A stretch of DNA of 64,000 bases from Bdellovibrionales bacterium. Lineage in GTDB: Bacteria; Bdellovibrionota; Bdellovibrionia; Bdellovibrionales; CAYMLA01. Made by a program: the position numbers and the translations under genes. The stretch spans positions 672,001-736,000 of the forward strand of contig OZ244239.1 of the NCBI GenBank assembly GCA_965217115.1. The letters run 5' to 3'. The stretch's first letter is position 1, and each line of letters begins with the position of its first letter. The notes beneath the pieces were generated by a model. The model saw only the letters and a list, made by a program, of their open reading frames with translations, did not search any database and was not told the DNA's origin. Below are positions 9,758-19,560 of this stretch, one piece after another.

Positions 9758-9824
9758 AAACACAGGAAAAGGCACTAAAAAGCCCTCAGGAATCCAATGT
9801 ATTCCTCTCGGAGATCTTGACTAA
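9732..9824 (+). CDS. Putative RiPP precursor peptide (M)MKHIKIIKNTGKGTKKPSGIQCIPLGDLD, not in the ORF track
   Basis: AGGGAG RBS at 9721-9726, ATG at 9732/9735, TAA at 9822-9824. Overlaps the maturase 3' end; N-terminus MKHIKI matches the SCIFF/ranthipeptide leader. Confidence 0.8.
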   Translation: MMKHIKIIKNTGKGTKKPSGIQCIPLGDLD

Positions 9825-9897
9825 TCCCTGAACGTAGCACACTGCAACGATGTTGCTGTGTACAATTCTCAATATTTCGACTACATATCTAAGAGAC

Positions 9898-11727
9898 ATG
9901 AAATCTCTCGCTCTGAATCGTATTCTAAGACTCGCCTTTGCTTTATCCATTGCTGCGCTCGTTAATGAAATTAATTTAGATTATATTGAATCCTACATAT
10001 ACGATCTTCGTGTACGTTTATCTCCAGCTCCACAAGTGTCTGGGCATGTTTCCACTGTCTCTATCTCTCCATCCACCGTTCAATTCTTCCAAGGCGTCCC
10101 CTCTATGGGACATCACGTTCAAGCACTCAAACAGTTACTAAAAGCCAATCCTCGATCTGTAACTTATCTTACTAAACCAGATCAAATTTTTGGAACTCCT
10201 AAAGAAATAGCTGAATTCGCCAAGCTCGCTAAAAAAATTCCTTTTTACGTTCTTGCCAATCATCTTTCTATGAAGGGAGAAGATAACAAATTCTCCATGC
10301 CCAAGCCTCTAAATAAACTCACAGTCTTTTCTGGTCCTAAAACAGCTGACACCACTCTTTTTGCTAAGGATGGGGTCACACGAAGAGCTCTATACTCTTA
10401 CCAAAATCAACCTTTATTACAGGTCCATCTCGCCCAATCTTATAACACCCATATTAAAGACCCTGGAAAAGTTCGAGGACTATGGAGTTTTCGTGACTCA
10501 AACCAAGTTTATATTCACTACGCCCCAAAAGGCTCCTTCATTCAAATTAAATTTGAAGACCTCGTTAAAGGAGAATTTGATCCAAAAAACATTAATGACA
10601 AAATCATTCTCATAGGAACTGATTTAGGAACAACTATCAAAAACTATGCTTCGAGCCCCTACTCAAGAGCTATTGAACATGGCCTTCCTACGCTTGAACT
10701 CAACGCTAACATGATTGACACTTTCATCCGTAACTCTGCTCCCATTCAATCACCTAAGTGGCTCAATATTCTACTTACTTTTATTACTTCTCTCATCACC
10801 GTCTATGTGGTTCTTTCCATCCACCCTCTAAATGGACTTTTGATTATTGTTGGTATCTTAGGTGTGTTCTTTCTTACGGCCTATTTATCTTATTGGCCTT
10901 TTGGAATATGGCTTAAAATATCCCACCCTATTGCCACTATCTTTATGTGTTATTACTTTTTTATTCCCTATCGACTTATTAAAGAAAATCGCCGCAGTTG
11001 GGAGTACTACCAAAAAAATAAATTACTCACTAAAGTTGAGGAGTTAAAAGATAATTTCATTAGTATGATGTCCCACGATCTTAAAACTCCCCTGGCGCGA
11101 ATCCAAGGAATGGCTGATGTCATAAGAACTGACCAAACTGTCTCTCTATCCGAACAGCAAAATCAAGCTGTTGAAACCATCCAAAGCTCATCATTGGAGT
11201 TAACAGATTTCATTGAATCCATTCTCAATTTTAGCCGTATTGAAAGCCATGGTGTCGAACTGCAATTTAAGTCACAAGATGTTAATCAGCTCATCAAAGA
11301 AAGTATTAGAAAGTTAGATTTCAAAGCCAAATCGAAGAATATCGAACTCATCAGCGAACTTGAACCTCTTTTTAGCTTGAAGATGGACCCCTATTTAATT
11401 CGCCAGATTCTTACCAATCTCATAGAGAATTCCATTAAATATAGTCCTGAAGGGACTAAAATTCTGATTAATAGTGATGAACAAGACGACTTCATTGTTG
11501 TTCAAATTTCTGACCAAGGCCAAGGGATTTCTAAAAATGATCTCGAAAATATTTTTATGAAGTTTTATCGTTGCAAAGAGGCAAAAACTTCAGCCATCAA
11601 GGGGTCAGGGTTGGGCCTTTACCTCTCTCAATACTTTGCCCATTTACATAAAGGCAAGATCACAGTGGAAAGTGATCTCAATATGGGCTCCACTTTCAAT
11701 CTCTACATCCCCTACAATAAAAATTGA
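9898..11727 (+). CDS. CHASE2-domain membrane sensor histidine kinase
   Basis: N-terminal TM, CHASE2 hallmarks (DGVTRR, DKIILIG, SPY), 3 TM helices, H-box SHDLKTPL, N/G1/F/G2 boxes. Start MKSL at 9898 likely; ORF track starts at 9850. Confidence 0.9.
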   Translation: MKSLALNRILRLAFALSIAALVNEINLDYIESYIYDLRVRLSPAPQVSGHVSTVSISPSTVQFFQGVPSMGHHVQALKQLLKANPRSVTYLTKPDQIFGTPKEIAEFAKLAKKIPFYVLANHLSMKGEDNKFSMPKPLNKLTVFSGPKTADTTLFAKDGVTRRALYSYQNQPLLQVHLAQSYNTHIKDPGKVRGLWSFRDSNQVYIHYAPKGSFIQIKFEDLVKGEFDPKNINDKIILIGTDLGTTIKNYASSPYSRAIEHGLPTLELNANMIDTFIRNSAPIQSPKWLNILLTFITSLITVYVVLSIHPLNGLLIIVGILGVFFLTAYLSYWPFGIWLKISHPIATIFMCYYFFIPYRLIKENRRSWEYYQKNKLLTKVEELKDNFISMMSHDLKTPLARIQGMADVIRTDQTVSLSEQQNQAVETIQSSSLELTDFIESILNFSRIESHGVELQFKSQDVNQLIKESIRKLDFKAKSKNIELISELEPLFSLKMDPYLIRQILTNLIENSIKYSPEGTKILINSDEQDDFIVVQISDQGQGISKNDLENIFMKFYRCKEAKTSAIKGSGLGLYLSQYFAHLHKGKITVESDLNMGSTFNLYIPYNKN

Positions 11728-11857
11728 CATTTTTCGTCTGTATTTTTTTCACACCATCCATAAATTACATAACAAGCATTTTTTTCCCAAAAACAGTCAA
11801 AAAACACTTATTATGTGAACAAGAGATATATTTGTTTTTTGCAAAGGAAATATCATT

Positions 11858-13378
11858 ATGAACCATAAGCTAAAAGTTCTTGTAGTCGATGATGACCAAG
11901 GCCTGCGGCTGTCTATCAAGAACACACTCATAAATACAGAGAGATTTGACGTCGACGAAGCCTTCGACGGTATCAACGCTCTAGAAAAAATCGCCGAAAA
12001 CAATTACTCTCTTATTCTACTCGATGTCGATATGCCCAGACTCAATGGTCTACAAACACTAAAGAAAATCAAAGAACAAGACCCCGGAATCACCGTTATT
12101 ATTATGACGGCCCATGCAACAATCAATGATGCTGTCACAGCCGTGAAAAAAGGGGCCTATAATTATCTTTCCAAACCTGTCAGTGGCAGTGAACTCATCG
12201 AAAACATAGATAATGCCCTTGCTGCTTACAATATTATCTCCAGCGTAGCTCGCTCCGCCCCTGTTCTTGTGGAAGAAGGACGTAAAATAGTGGGCAATAC
12301 AGCACAGATGCAGAAAGTCTTTAATATCATCAATCGTTTATCAAAAGTTGACACCCCAGTGCTTATCCGTGGAGCCTCTGGGACGGGAAAAGAATTAATT
12401 GCTCGCGCCATTCACATGAACTCTGATAGAAAGAATGAAAAATTTGTCGCTATCAATTGCTCCGCTATCCCTGAGAATCTTTTTGAATCAGAACTCTTCG
12501 GCCATGAAAAGGGCTCTTTCACAGGAGCTGAGCAAAGAAAAATAGGTAAATTCCAATTCGCCGAGGGCGGCACTCTTTTTCTCGATGAAGTTGGCGATAT
12601 GCCTGGACTCATGCAAGTTAAATTATTACGTGTTCTACAAGAAAAAATATTCACTCCTGTAGGCGCCAACAGAGAACTTGATTCCAATGTCCGTATTATT
12701 GCTGCCACCAACCGCCCTCTAGAGAAAATGATACAAGAAGGGACCTACAGAGAAGATCTCTTTTATCGTCTTAACGTAATGCCTATTTTTCTCCCATCTC
12801 TTAAAGAACGGGTCAATGATATCGACTCAATGGTGAATCACTTTATTAAAAAGTTCAATCACACCCACCAAAAATCCATAACTAGCGTCACTCCCGATGC
12901 TTTAGCTTGCATAAAAAAATATGACTGGCCTGGAAATATCCGTGAACTTGAAAACGTGATTGAACACGCTTTTATCATGGAGACCAACCAAGTCATTTCT
13001 GTCCTCTCACTTCCTGAGTCTTTACTCGCCTCCACAGGAGTTGACATAGACGCTCTCTGTGCGGCACAAAATAATGCCTATAATAAACTAGCTGAAAATA
13101 TGTCGATACGACAAAACGTAGCGGCCCATGAAGACAAAGAACCTGTGAATATCGATCCCACATCAGCGCCTAGTCCTGACAGCACTATCATTGAGATATC
13201 ATCTGATAACTTAGATTTTTCTGTGCAGAAAGAGTCCTTTGAAAAAGAATTTATCATTAAAGCCCTAAAAACATTTAAGGGCAGAATCAATCAAACGGCC
13301 CTACACGCCAATATTCCAAAGAAAACTCTATTGCGCAAAATCGAAAAATACGGGATCAACGCCAAAAAATATTTTTAA
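11858..13378 (+). CDS. Sigma-54-dependent NtrC-family response regulator (REC-AAA+-Fis HTH)
   Basis: REC domain (VVDDD, LLDVDMP, KP), Walker A GASGTGKE, ELFGHEKGSFTGA, Walker B FLDEVG, REDLFYRL, C-terminal HTH. Confidence 0.93.
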   Translation: MNHKLKVLVVDDDQGLRLSIKNTLINTERFDVDEAFDGINALEKIAENNYSLILLDVDMPRLNGLQTLKKIKEQDPGITVIIMTAHATINDAVTAVKKGAYNYLSKPVSGSELIENIDNALAAYNIISSVARSAPVLVEEGRKIVGNTAQMQKVFNIINRLSKVDTPVLIRGASGTGKELIARAIHMNSDRKNEKFVAINCSAIPENLFESELFGHEKGSFTGAEQRKIGKFQFAEGGTLFLDEVGDMPGLMQVKLLRVLQEKIFTPVGANRELDSNVRIIAATNRPLEKMIQEGTYREDLFYRLNVMPIFLPSLKERVNDIDSMVNHFIKKFNHTHQKSITSVTPDALACIKKYDWPGNIRELENVIEHAFIMETNQVISVLSLPESLLASTGVDIDALCAAQNNAYNKLAENMSIRQNVAAHEDKEPVNIDPTSAPSPDSTIIEISSDNLDFSVQKESFEKEFIIKALKTFKGRINQTALHANIPKKTLLRKIEKYGINAKKYF

Positions 13379-13531
13379 TAGACTCGCTTTTTAAAGAGTG
13401 ACTCAGCACCAAAAATAAGGACCCATCAAAATTGTCAATGGAAAGTTAAATTTTTCCGCGGCTCGTAAAATTTTCTAGTTTTCATTTTCTTATTGAAGTT
13501 AAAAGTAAGTGCCTGTAGTTTGCAAAACTCA

Positions 13532-13981
13532 ATGGCTGTATCTAATCTACCTCCTCAGGCTTATACCAAAGACACTCTGACAAAGGCTTTCGCCTGGTTG
13601 CAGACTCAAACAAAGGAAATCAAGGACATAGCCACTTCTCCCGAGATTTTAGTTGGTCTCTTCCACAGGGATAAACGTCGCGAAGACTTCTCTGCCCCAG
13701 CAAACTCACAAGAGTTCAAACTAGAGCTGAAGTCCCTTTCAGGAGAAATGCAGCCATTTATTAAAAAACCTCGAAAAACTGAAGAAAGTCCTCAGGCTGT
13801 CACTGCTCAGAAGGCATCAACCCAGTCTTCATTAAACCAATCTAGTTTTCTATCACAATTAGATCCTGAAACTGAAAATCTTATCAATGAAGTCACCCAA
13901 AACCTCAATCTCAGTTCTCCCAAAGAAGCCCTTCGTATGCTCATCATCCTAGGCTATAAACAAATCAAGCCTGTACTCTAA
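13532..13981 (+). CDS. Conserved hypothetical protein
   Basis: ORF with likely start MAVSNLPPQAYT; ordered N- and C-terminal regions with a linker between. Confidence 0.7.
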   Translation: MAVSNLPPQAYTKDTLTKAFAWLQTQTKEIKDIATSPEILVGLFHRDKRREDFSAPANSQEFKLELKSLSGEMQPFIKKPRKTEESPQAVTAQKASTQSSLNQSSFLSQLDPETENLINEVTQNLNLSSPKEALRMLIILGYKQIKPVL

Positions 13982-14095
13982 AAGCAATTCTTTAAAAACA
14001 CAGGTTGCCGTAGGTTTAGAAAAAACGCTAGAATAAGCGGACTTGAAAAATTAAGAACCCCTATAATCTCACAGATTTTAAGAGGATAGAAGAAT

Positions 14096-16903
14096 ATGGG
14101 AGAGACTCCTGATTACAAAAGCTCCATCCATTTACCTAAAACTAGTTTTCCCATGAAAGCTGGGCTTGCAACTAAAGAGCCTGAACAGCTCAGAAAGTGG
14201 CAGGAGAATAAAATTTACAACAAGATGGCCTATCGCAACAAAGGAAAAAAACATTTTACCCTTCCCGATGGACCTCCCTATGCCAATGGTGACATTCATA
14301 TGGGCCACGTTCTCAATAAGGTTCTTAAGGATATGGTCATCAAATATCGCAATATGGCAGGTTACTGCGCTCCCTTTATTCCTGTCTGGGACACTCACGG
14401 TCTGCCCATTGAACACGCCGTCACAAAAAAACTCGGCTCCAAACGCCAGAATATGACTAATAAAGAAATTCGTGACCTCTGCCGCAAGGAAGCCATGAAA
14501 TGGGTCGACAAACAACAGGAGCAATTTCAACGCCTAGGTATCATGGCCGATTGGGACAACAAAAACCTTACCATGCAACCTTCCTACGAAGCAGAAGAGG
14601 TGCGCCAGCTAGCTAAAGCATTTAAAAATGAGGTTCTCTACAAAGGAGAAAAACCCGTTTATTGGTGCTGGGCCCTACAGACAGCCCTCTCTGATGCTGA
14701 AGTCGAATACCAGCAGCACACAAGCCCCTCAATCTACGTTAAATTTCCCATCACTGAAAAACTAGAAAAATTAGACTCCCCTAGTAAGCCTGTATCCTTT
14801 GTTATTTGGACTACAACTCCATGGACCATTCCTGCCAACATGGCCATCTGTCTGCACAGAGATTTTGATTATGAACTTTTTGAAAACTCTGATGAATACC
14901 TTCTCATTGCCAAAAACCTCAAAGAAGCTGTCGAAAAGGACACTGAGAGATCTCTCATCTCCACAGGTAAAATCTTTAAGGGTCACCAACTCGAAAATTT
15001 AACGGTCAACCACCCCTTTATAGAAGGACGTCAGCCCCTCGTTATTCTAGGAGATCACGTTACTTTAGAGACTGGAACAGGCTGCGTACACACAGCTCCC
15101 GCCCACGGACAAGATGACTTCTTTGTCGCAAAAAAATATGACCTTCTCCCCATCAATTACATCGAAGCTAACGGAACTTTCTCTAATGAAGTTCCAAGTG
15201 AGATTTCTGACCTGAGCGGACAGAACATATTTAAGGCGAACCCCACCATTATTGATAAGCTCTCCAAAAGTAAACATCTCCTTGCTGTTAAAAATATCAC
15301 CCACAGTTATCCCCATTGCTGGCGCTCTAAAACTCCTTTAATTTTTCGCACAACTCCACAATGGTTTATTGGTATGGACATAGAGAAGAATAGTATTCGA
15401 AAAAAAGCCAATGCCATTATTAATTCCATCGATTTTTTCCCTGAATGGGGAAAGCAGCGATTCAGCGCCATGATAGCTAACCGTCCTGATTGGTGCATTA
15501 GTCGTCAACGATTTTGGGGGGTTCCCATCCCCATCTTTTATTGCAATGCCACAGAAGAAGCGCTTCTTGATTACGATGTTATGATGAAAATTGCCGACTG
15601 TATGGAGAAGAATGGTGGCCTTGAAGCCTACTGGGACACTCCCATCGAAGAATTTCTCACAGATGACATTATCTCCAAATACGCTCAAAAAAGTGACTCT
15701 CCTGAAAAGTTTGGAACAGAAGGCTTTAGCCGTAGCAGAGATATTCTCGATGTATGGTTTGATAGCGGTGTTCTTCACAGCGCGGTAAAAACTCCAAATT
15801 CTGATGATATGCAATTTCCTGCCGACGTGTATCTTGAGGGAACCGATCAGCATCGTGGTTGGTTCAACACCAGCCTGATCTCTGCTCTAGCTGCAACAGG
15901 AGAGGCTCCCTATAAAGCTCTTATCACCCACGGTTTTGTTGTTGATAAAGATGGTAAAAAAATGAGCAAGAGCCTAGGCAACACAGTCTCCCCTAAAGAA
16001 CTTATTAATAGCAATGGTGCTGAAATTTTACGATTTTGGACTTCCTATGAAGACTATTCTAGAGATCTCACATGGGGTGATGAAGATCATAAACGTGTCA
16101 TGGACACTTATCGCAAACTCCGCAACACCATGCGTTTTTTATTAGGTAATTTAGATGATTTTGATTTTAAAAATGATCACATTCCCTATTCACAGATACT
16201 TCCCTTAGACCAATGGGCTTTAGGACGCTTAAATCTTCTCAACGAAAAAATGACGAGTGCCTTTGAGAGTTATTCTTTCTATAAAACCTATCACGCTCTG
16301 AATAGTTTCTTCACCGTAGATATGTCATCTACTTATTTAGATATTATCAAGGATCGTCTTTACACTTGGAAGAGAGACGGCCTAGAGAGACGCTCATCCC
16401 AAACCGTGATTTATCATATTATCCATAATACCTGTGGGTTAATGGCTCCAGTTCTCTCGTTTCTTGCCGAGGAAGTTTATTCTCACTTAAAAGACGGAAA
16501 TGCCGAAAGTATCTTTCTCACCGACTATCCAAAAACACAAGATAAATGGGTCAACGCTTCTGTAGACAAGGACTTTGTAACAATTCTCCAAGTACGAAGC
16601 GACGTGTCTAAAAATCTTGAATCTTTACGCACTGATAAAACCATCGGCTCCAGTTTAGACGCACAAATAATTCTCACTGTTCCTAAATCAACATTTGATA
16701 TTTTAAAAAAATACGAAAAATCTCTCATGGAGCTTTTTATTGTTTCGCAAGTCACTCTAAAGGAAGGGAAGGAGTTAAATATTTCAGCTTCTCTAGCTGA
16801 AGGTCTTAAGTGCGTGCGTTGCTGGCATATACACACAGAAACAGGCAAGAATTCAAGTTACCCAGACGTTTGTCCTAAGTGTGTTACGGCTTTGAGTACC
16901 TGA
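14096..16903 (+). CDS. ileS: Isoleucyl-tRNA synthetase (type 1)
   Basis: DGPPYANG, HMGH, WTTTPWT, GTDQHRGWF, KMSKS, C-terminal CxxC..CxxC zinc finger. Confidence 0.98.
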   Translation: MGETPDYKSSIHLPKTSFPMKAGLATKEPEQLRKWQENKIYNKMAYRNKGKKHFTLPDGPPYANGDIHMGHVLNKVLKDMVIKYRNMAGYCAPFIPVWDTHGLPIEHAVTKKLGSKRQNMTNKEIRDLCRKEAMKWVDKQQEQFQRLGIMADWDNKNLTMQPSYEAEEVRQLAKAFKNEVLYKGEKPVYWCWALQTALSDAEVEYQQHTSPSIYVKFPITEKLEKLDSPSKPVSFVIWTTTPWTIPANMAICLHRDFDYELFENSDEYLLIAKNLKEAVEKDTERSLISTGKIFKGHQLENLTVNHPFIEGRQPLVILGDHVTLETGTGCVHTAPAHGQDDFFVAKKYDLLPINYIEANGTFSNEVPSEISDLSGQNIFKANPTIIDKLSKSKHLLAVKNITHSYPHCWRSKTPLIFRTTPQWFIGMDIEKNSIRKKANAIINSIDFFPEWGKQRFSAMIANRPDWCISRQRFWGVPIPIFYCNATEEALLDYDVMMKIADCMEKNGGLEAYWDTPIEEFLTDDIISKYAQKSDSPEKFGTEGFSRSRDILDVWFDSGVLHSAVKTPNSDDMQFPADVYLEGTDQHRGWFNTSLISALAATGEAPYKALITHGFVVDKDGKKMSKSLGNTVSPKELINSNGAEILRFWTSYEDYSRDLTWGDEDHKRVMDTYRKLRNTMRFLLGNLDDFDFKNDHIPYSQILPLDQWALGRLNLLNEKMTSAFESYSFYKTYHALNSFFTVDMSSTYLDIIKDRLYTWKRDGLERRSSQTVIYHIIHNTCGLMAPVLSFLAEEVYSHLKDGNAESIFLTDYPKTQDKWVNASVDKDFVTILQVRSDVSKNLESLRTDKTIGSSLDAQIILTVPKSTFDILKKYEKSLMELFIVSQVTLKEGKELNISASLAEGLKCVRCWHIHTETGKNSSYPDVCPKCVTALST

Positions 16904-16967
16904 CAAATAATAAATTCTAAGATACAATGACCTTAATTTTATTATAGATAGCTATAGGGTGTATAAT

Positions 16968-17474
16968 ATGAGTAAAAAAATTCTAATCTTAGCAGCTCTT
17001 AGTGGAGCAATTATTGCTTTGGATCAAGCAACTAAAATGTATGTTGTCACTCAATTTGTCCTCCATGAACAGTACGAAGTTATCAAACATTTCTTTGATT
17101 TCACCTACGTTCAAAATCGAGGAGCTGCTTTTGGTTTTCTCGCCGATAGTGATCCCACCTTCAGAGATATTTTCTTCACCGTCATGCCCCCTTTTGCTCT
17201 ACTCATTATCTTTTCACTTCTACGCAATGTCTCCGATGATGACAAATGGCAGATCATTGCCCTGTCCTCTGTCTTCGGCGGAGCTATTGGTAATTATATC
17301 GATCGTCTTCGTTTTGGCTACGTTATTGATTTCCTCGATTTCCATTGGAGAAATATTTGGACCTACCCAGCATTCAATGTTGCTGATATGGCTATTGTCT
17401 GTGGCGTCTTTATTCTCATGCTACTCATGATTCGTGATATAAAAGAAGAACGAAGGAAAAAACAAACCGCTTAA
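16968..17474 (+). CDS. lspA: Lipoprotein signal peptidase II
   Basis: DQATK, NRGAAFG, GAIGNYIDR, VIDF, FNVAD motifs; follows ileS. Confidence 0.96.
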   Translation: MSKKILILAALSGAIIALDQATKMYVVTQFVLHEQYEVIKHFFDFTYVQNRGAAFGFLADSDPTFRDIFFTVMPPFALLIIFSLLRNVSDDDKWQIIALSSVFGGAIGNYIDRLRFGYVIDFLDFHWRNIWTYPAFNVADMAIVCGVFILMLLMIRDIKEERRKKQTA

Positions 17475-17514
17475 AAGCGAATATCATAAGTCTTCTTTAA
17501 GCTTAGGGAAAATA

Positions 17515-18288
17515 ATGTATCCAATACTCATTGATTTAGGGTTCCTTAAAATTCATTCCTATGGCTTTTTAATGACTCTAGGATTTGCCATTGCCTTGTA
17601 CCTTATTCGTCAAAAAGCAAAATCTGAAAAAATCTCCCCAGGAAAAGTTACAGACATTATGTTTTGGTCTTTCCTCTTAGGATTAATTGGAGGCCGTGCA
17701 CTCTTTATTGTAACCACATGGGAAAATTATCAAAATAACCTAATAAATATATTAAAATTTTGGGAGGGCGGCCTTGTTTTCTACGGAGGACTGGTTACTT
17801 CTATAATTAGCATTGCTCTTTTCTCCCGTTATCACAAAATTTCAGTATTAAAACTCCTAGATATCACAGCCCCATCCATTGCCATTGGCCATCTCCTAGG
17901 ACGTTTTGGTTGTTTCGCCTCTGGCTGCTGCTTCGGTCATGAGGTCGACACAGATTTTCCCCTCAGCGTGATTTTCAATCACCCACTGAGTGTTGCTCCT
18001 AAAAATGTTCACCTTCACCCTGCACAGCTATATGATGCCTTGAACACCTTTATTATATTCATGATTCTACAGTGGCTTTATAAAAGAAAGAAGTTCAATG
18101 GACAGGTTATCATATGCTACGGAATACTTTATGCTATTGGGCGCTGGATTGTAGAAGAATTTCGTGGTGACAGTATCCGTGGCTTTGTCTTCAACGGACT
18201 TCTTTCCACTAGTCAATTTATATCTATTATCATTTTCTCAATGTCTTTGTTATTATATTTTTTCTTCAGAAATAAACACGCTCAGTAA
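17515..18288 (+). CDS. lgt: Prolipoprotein diacylglyceryl transferase
   Basis: GGR, WEGGLVFYGG, GRFGCF..GCC, HPAQLY, EEFR motifs. Confidence 0.95.
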   Translation: MYPILIDLGFLKIHSYGFLMTLGFAIALYLIRQKAKSEKISPGKVTDIMFWSFLLGLIGGRALFIVTTWENYQNNLINILKFWEGGLVFYGGLVTSIISIALFSRYHKISVLKLLDITAPSIAIGHLLGRFGCFASGCCFGHEVDTDFPLSVIFNHPLSVAPKNVHLHPAQLYDALNTFIIFMILQWLYKRKKFNGQVIICYGILYAIGRWIVEEFRGDSIRGFVFNGLLSTSQFISIIIFSMSLLLYFFFRNKHAQ

Positions 18289-18306
18289 TTTAATTGGTCT
18301 AAGTGC

Positions 18307-19560
18307 TTACGAATGACGATGACCGACATCGGTTCTCTTCTGCAAGCCTTGCCAAGATACTTTCTCAGACAAAGCATAGGCTTTTTCCGATGCCTCTTTT
18401 GCAGTAGACCCTAAGCCAACCGCATTAAGCACTCTTCCACCACAAGTAACCCAACCAACATCACTCTTACGAGTTCCTCCATGGAGAAAATAACTAGATG
18501 GAGTCTGTTCAAAAAGGTTCCCCTTTATCTTTAAATCTTTTACTGGGCTCTCAGGATAACCTGGAGAAGCAAGAACAACACAGGCCGTGTGCAAAAAACG
18601 CCAACTCATTTGCGGCATTTCACCCTTTGCCACAGCTCTTAAAACCTCACCCCAGTCTCCATTTAAAAGAGGAAACATCACCTGCGCCTCAGGATCACCA
18701 AAACGACAATTAAACTCGATCACCTGTGGCCCTGATTCAGTAATCATCAAACCAATATAAAGTACTCCACGATATATTATACCTCTTCGCGAAAGTTCCT
18801 GAAAAACTGGTTCGATGATCTCTGTCTCTATTTGTGAACGCAAAGATTCTGAAATTCCTAAAGGCGCAACCGTTCCCATACCGCCTGTATTCGGACCCTT
18901 GTCTCCATCGGCTAGTCTCTTGTGATCCTGAGCCAATGGCATTGAAACATATTCTCTGCCATTTGTTAAAACATGAAAACTTAACTCCCAACCTTCTTGA
19001 AACTGTTCAAGCAAAGCACGCTGACCAGCTCTACCAAATCTGTTTTTCACAAAAAACTCATCAGCATTTTTAAAAAGCTCTTCCGGCGTTTCGCAAATAA
19101 CAACGCCCTTACCCCCTGCCAAACCATCTGCCTTTAAAACATAAGGTGGCTCAAAATGAATGTAAGCATCTTTTACTTCATCCACTGAAGAGACTTCCTT
19201 AAAACTCGCCGTCGGCACTCCTGCTGCCTGCATAAATTCTTTTGAGAAAATCTTACTTCCTTCTAATTTTGCTCCCTCTTTAGAAGGCCCAAAAACCAAG
19301 ACACCTTTTATTCGTAAAATATCAGCCAAACCATAAACCAATGGGTCCTCAGGGCCAATAACAACCAACTCAATTTCATTTCTTTTAATAAACCCTAAAA
19401 GTTTATCTTCGTTCTTCCAATCTAACTTATGGCACAAAATAATCTCAGCCATGCCGTCGTTACCTGGTATCGCATGCACTTGAGTCACTGAAGGTGATTC
19501 ATTCAAAGATCTCACAAGGGCATGTTCTCTCCCTCCCTGACCAATCACTAATACATTCAT
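18307..19560 (-). CDS. purD: Phosphoribosylamine-glycine ligase
   Basis: GQGGREHAL, GPEDPL, KADGLAGGKGV, QDHKR..GPNTGGMG, EFNCRFGDPE. Confidence 0.97.
   Translation of the reverse strand: MNVLVIGQGGREHALVRSLNESPSVTQVHAIPGNDGMAEIILCHKLDWKNEDKLLGFIKRNEIELVVIGPEDPLVYGLADILRIKGVLVFGPSKEGAKLEGSKIFSKEFMQAAGVPTASFKEVSSVDEVKDAYIHFEPPYVLKADGLAGGKGVVICETPEELFKNADEFFVKNRFGRAGQRALLEQFQEGWELSFHVLTNGREYVSMPLAQDHKRLADGDKGPNTGGMGTVAPLGISESLRSQIETEIIEPVFQELSRRGIIYRGVLYIGLMITESGPQVIEFNCRFGDPEAQVMFPLLNGDWGEVLRAVAKGEMPQMSWRFLHTACVVLASPGYPESPVKDLKIKGNLFEQTPSSYFLHGGTRKSDVGWVTCGGRVLNAVGLGSTAKEASEKAYALSEKVSWQGLQKRTDVGHRHS

Noticed and set aside
14132..16848. Antisense and off-frame ORFs inside ileS and other housekeeping genes
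   Set aside because: They fully overlap well-supported genes and have no recognisable motifs.
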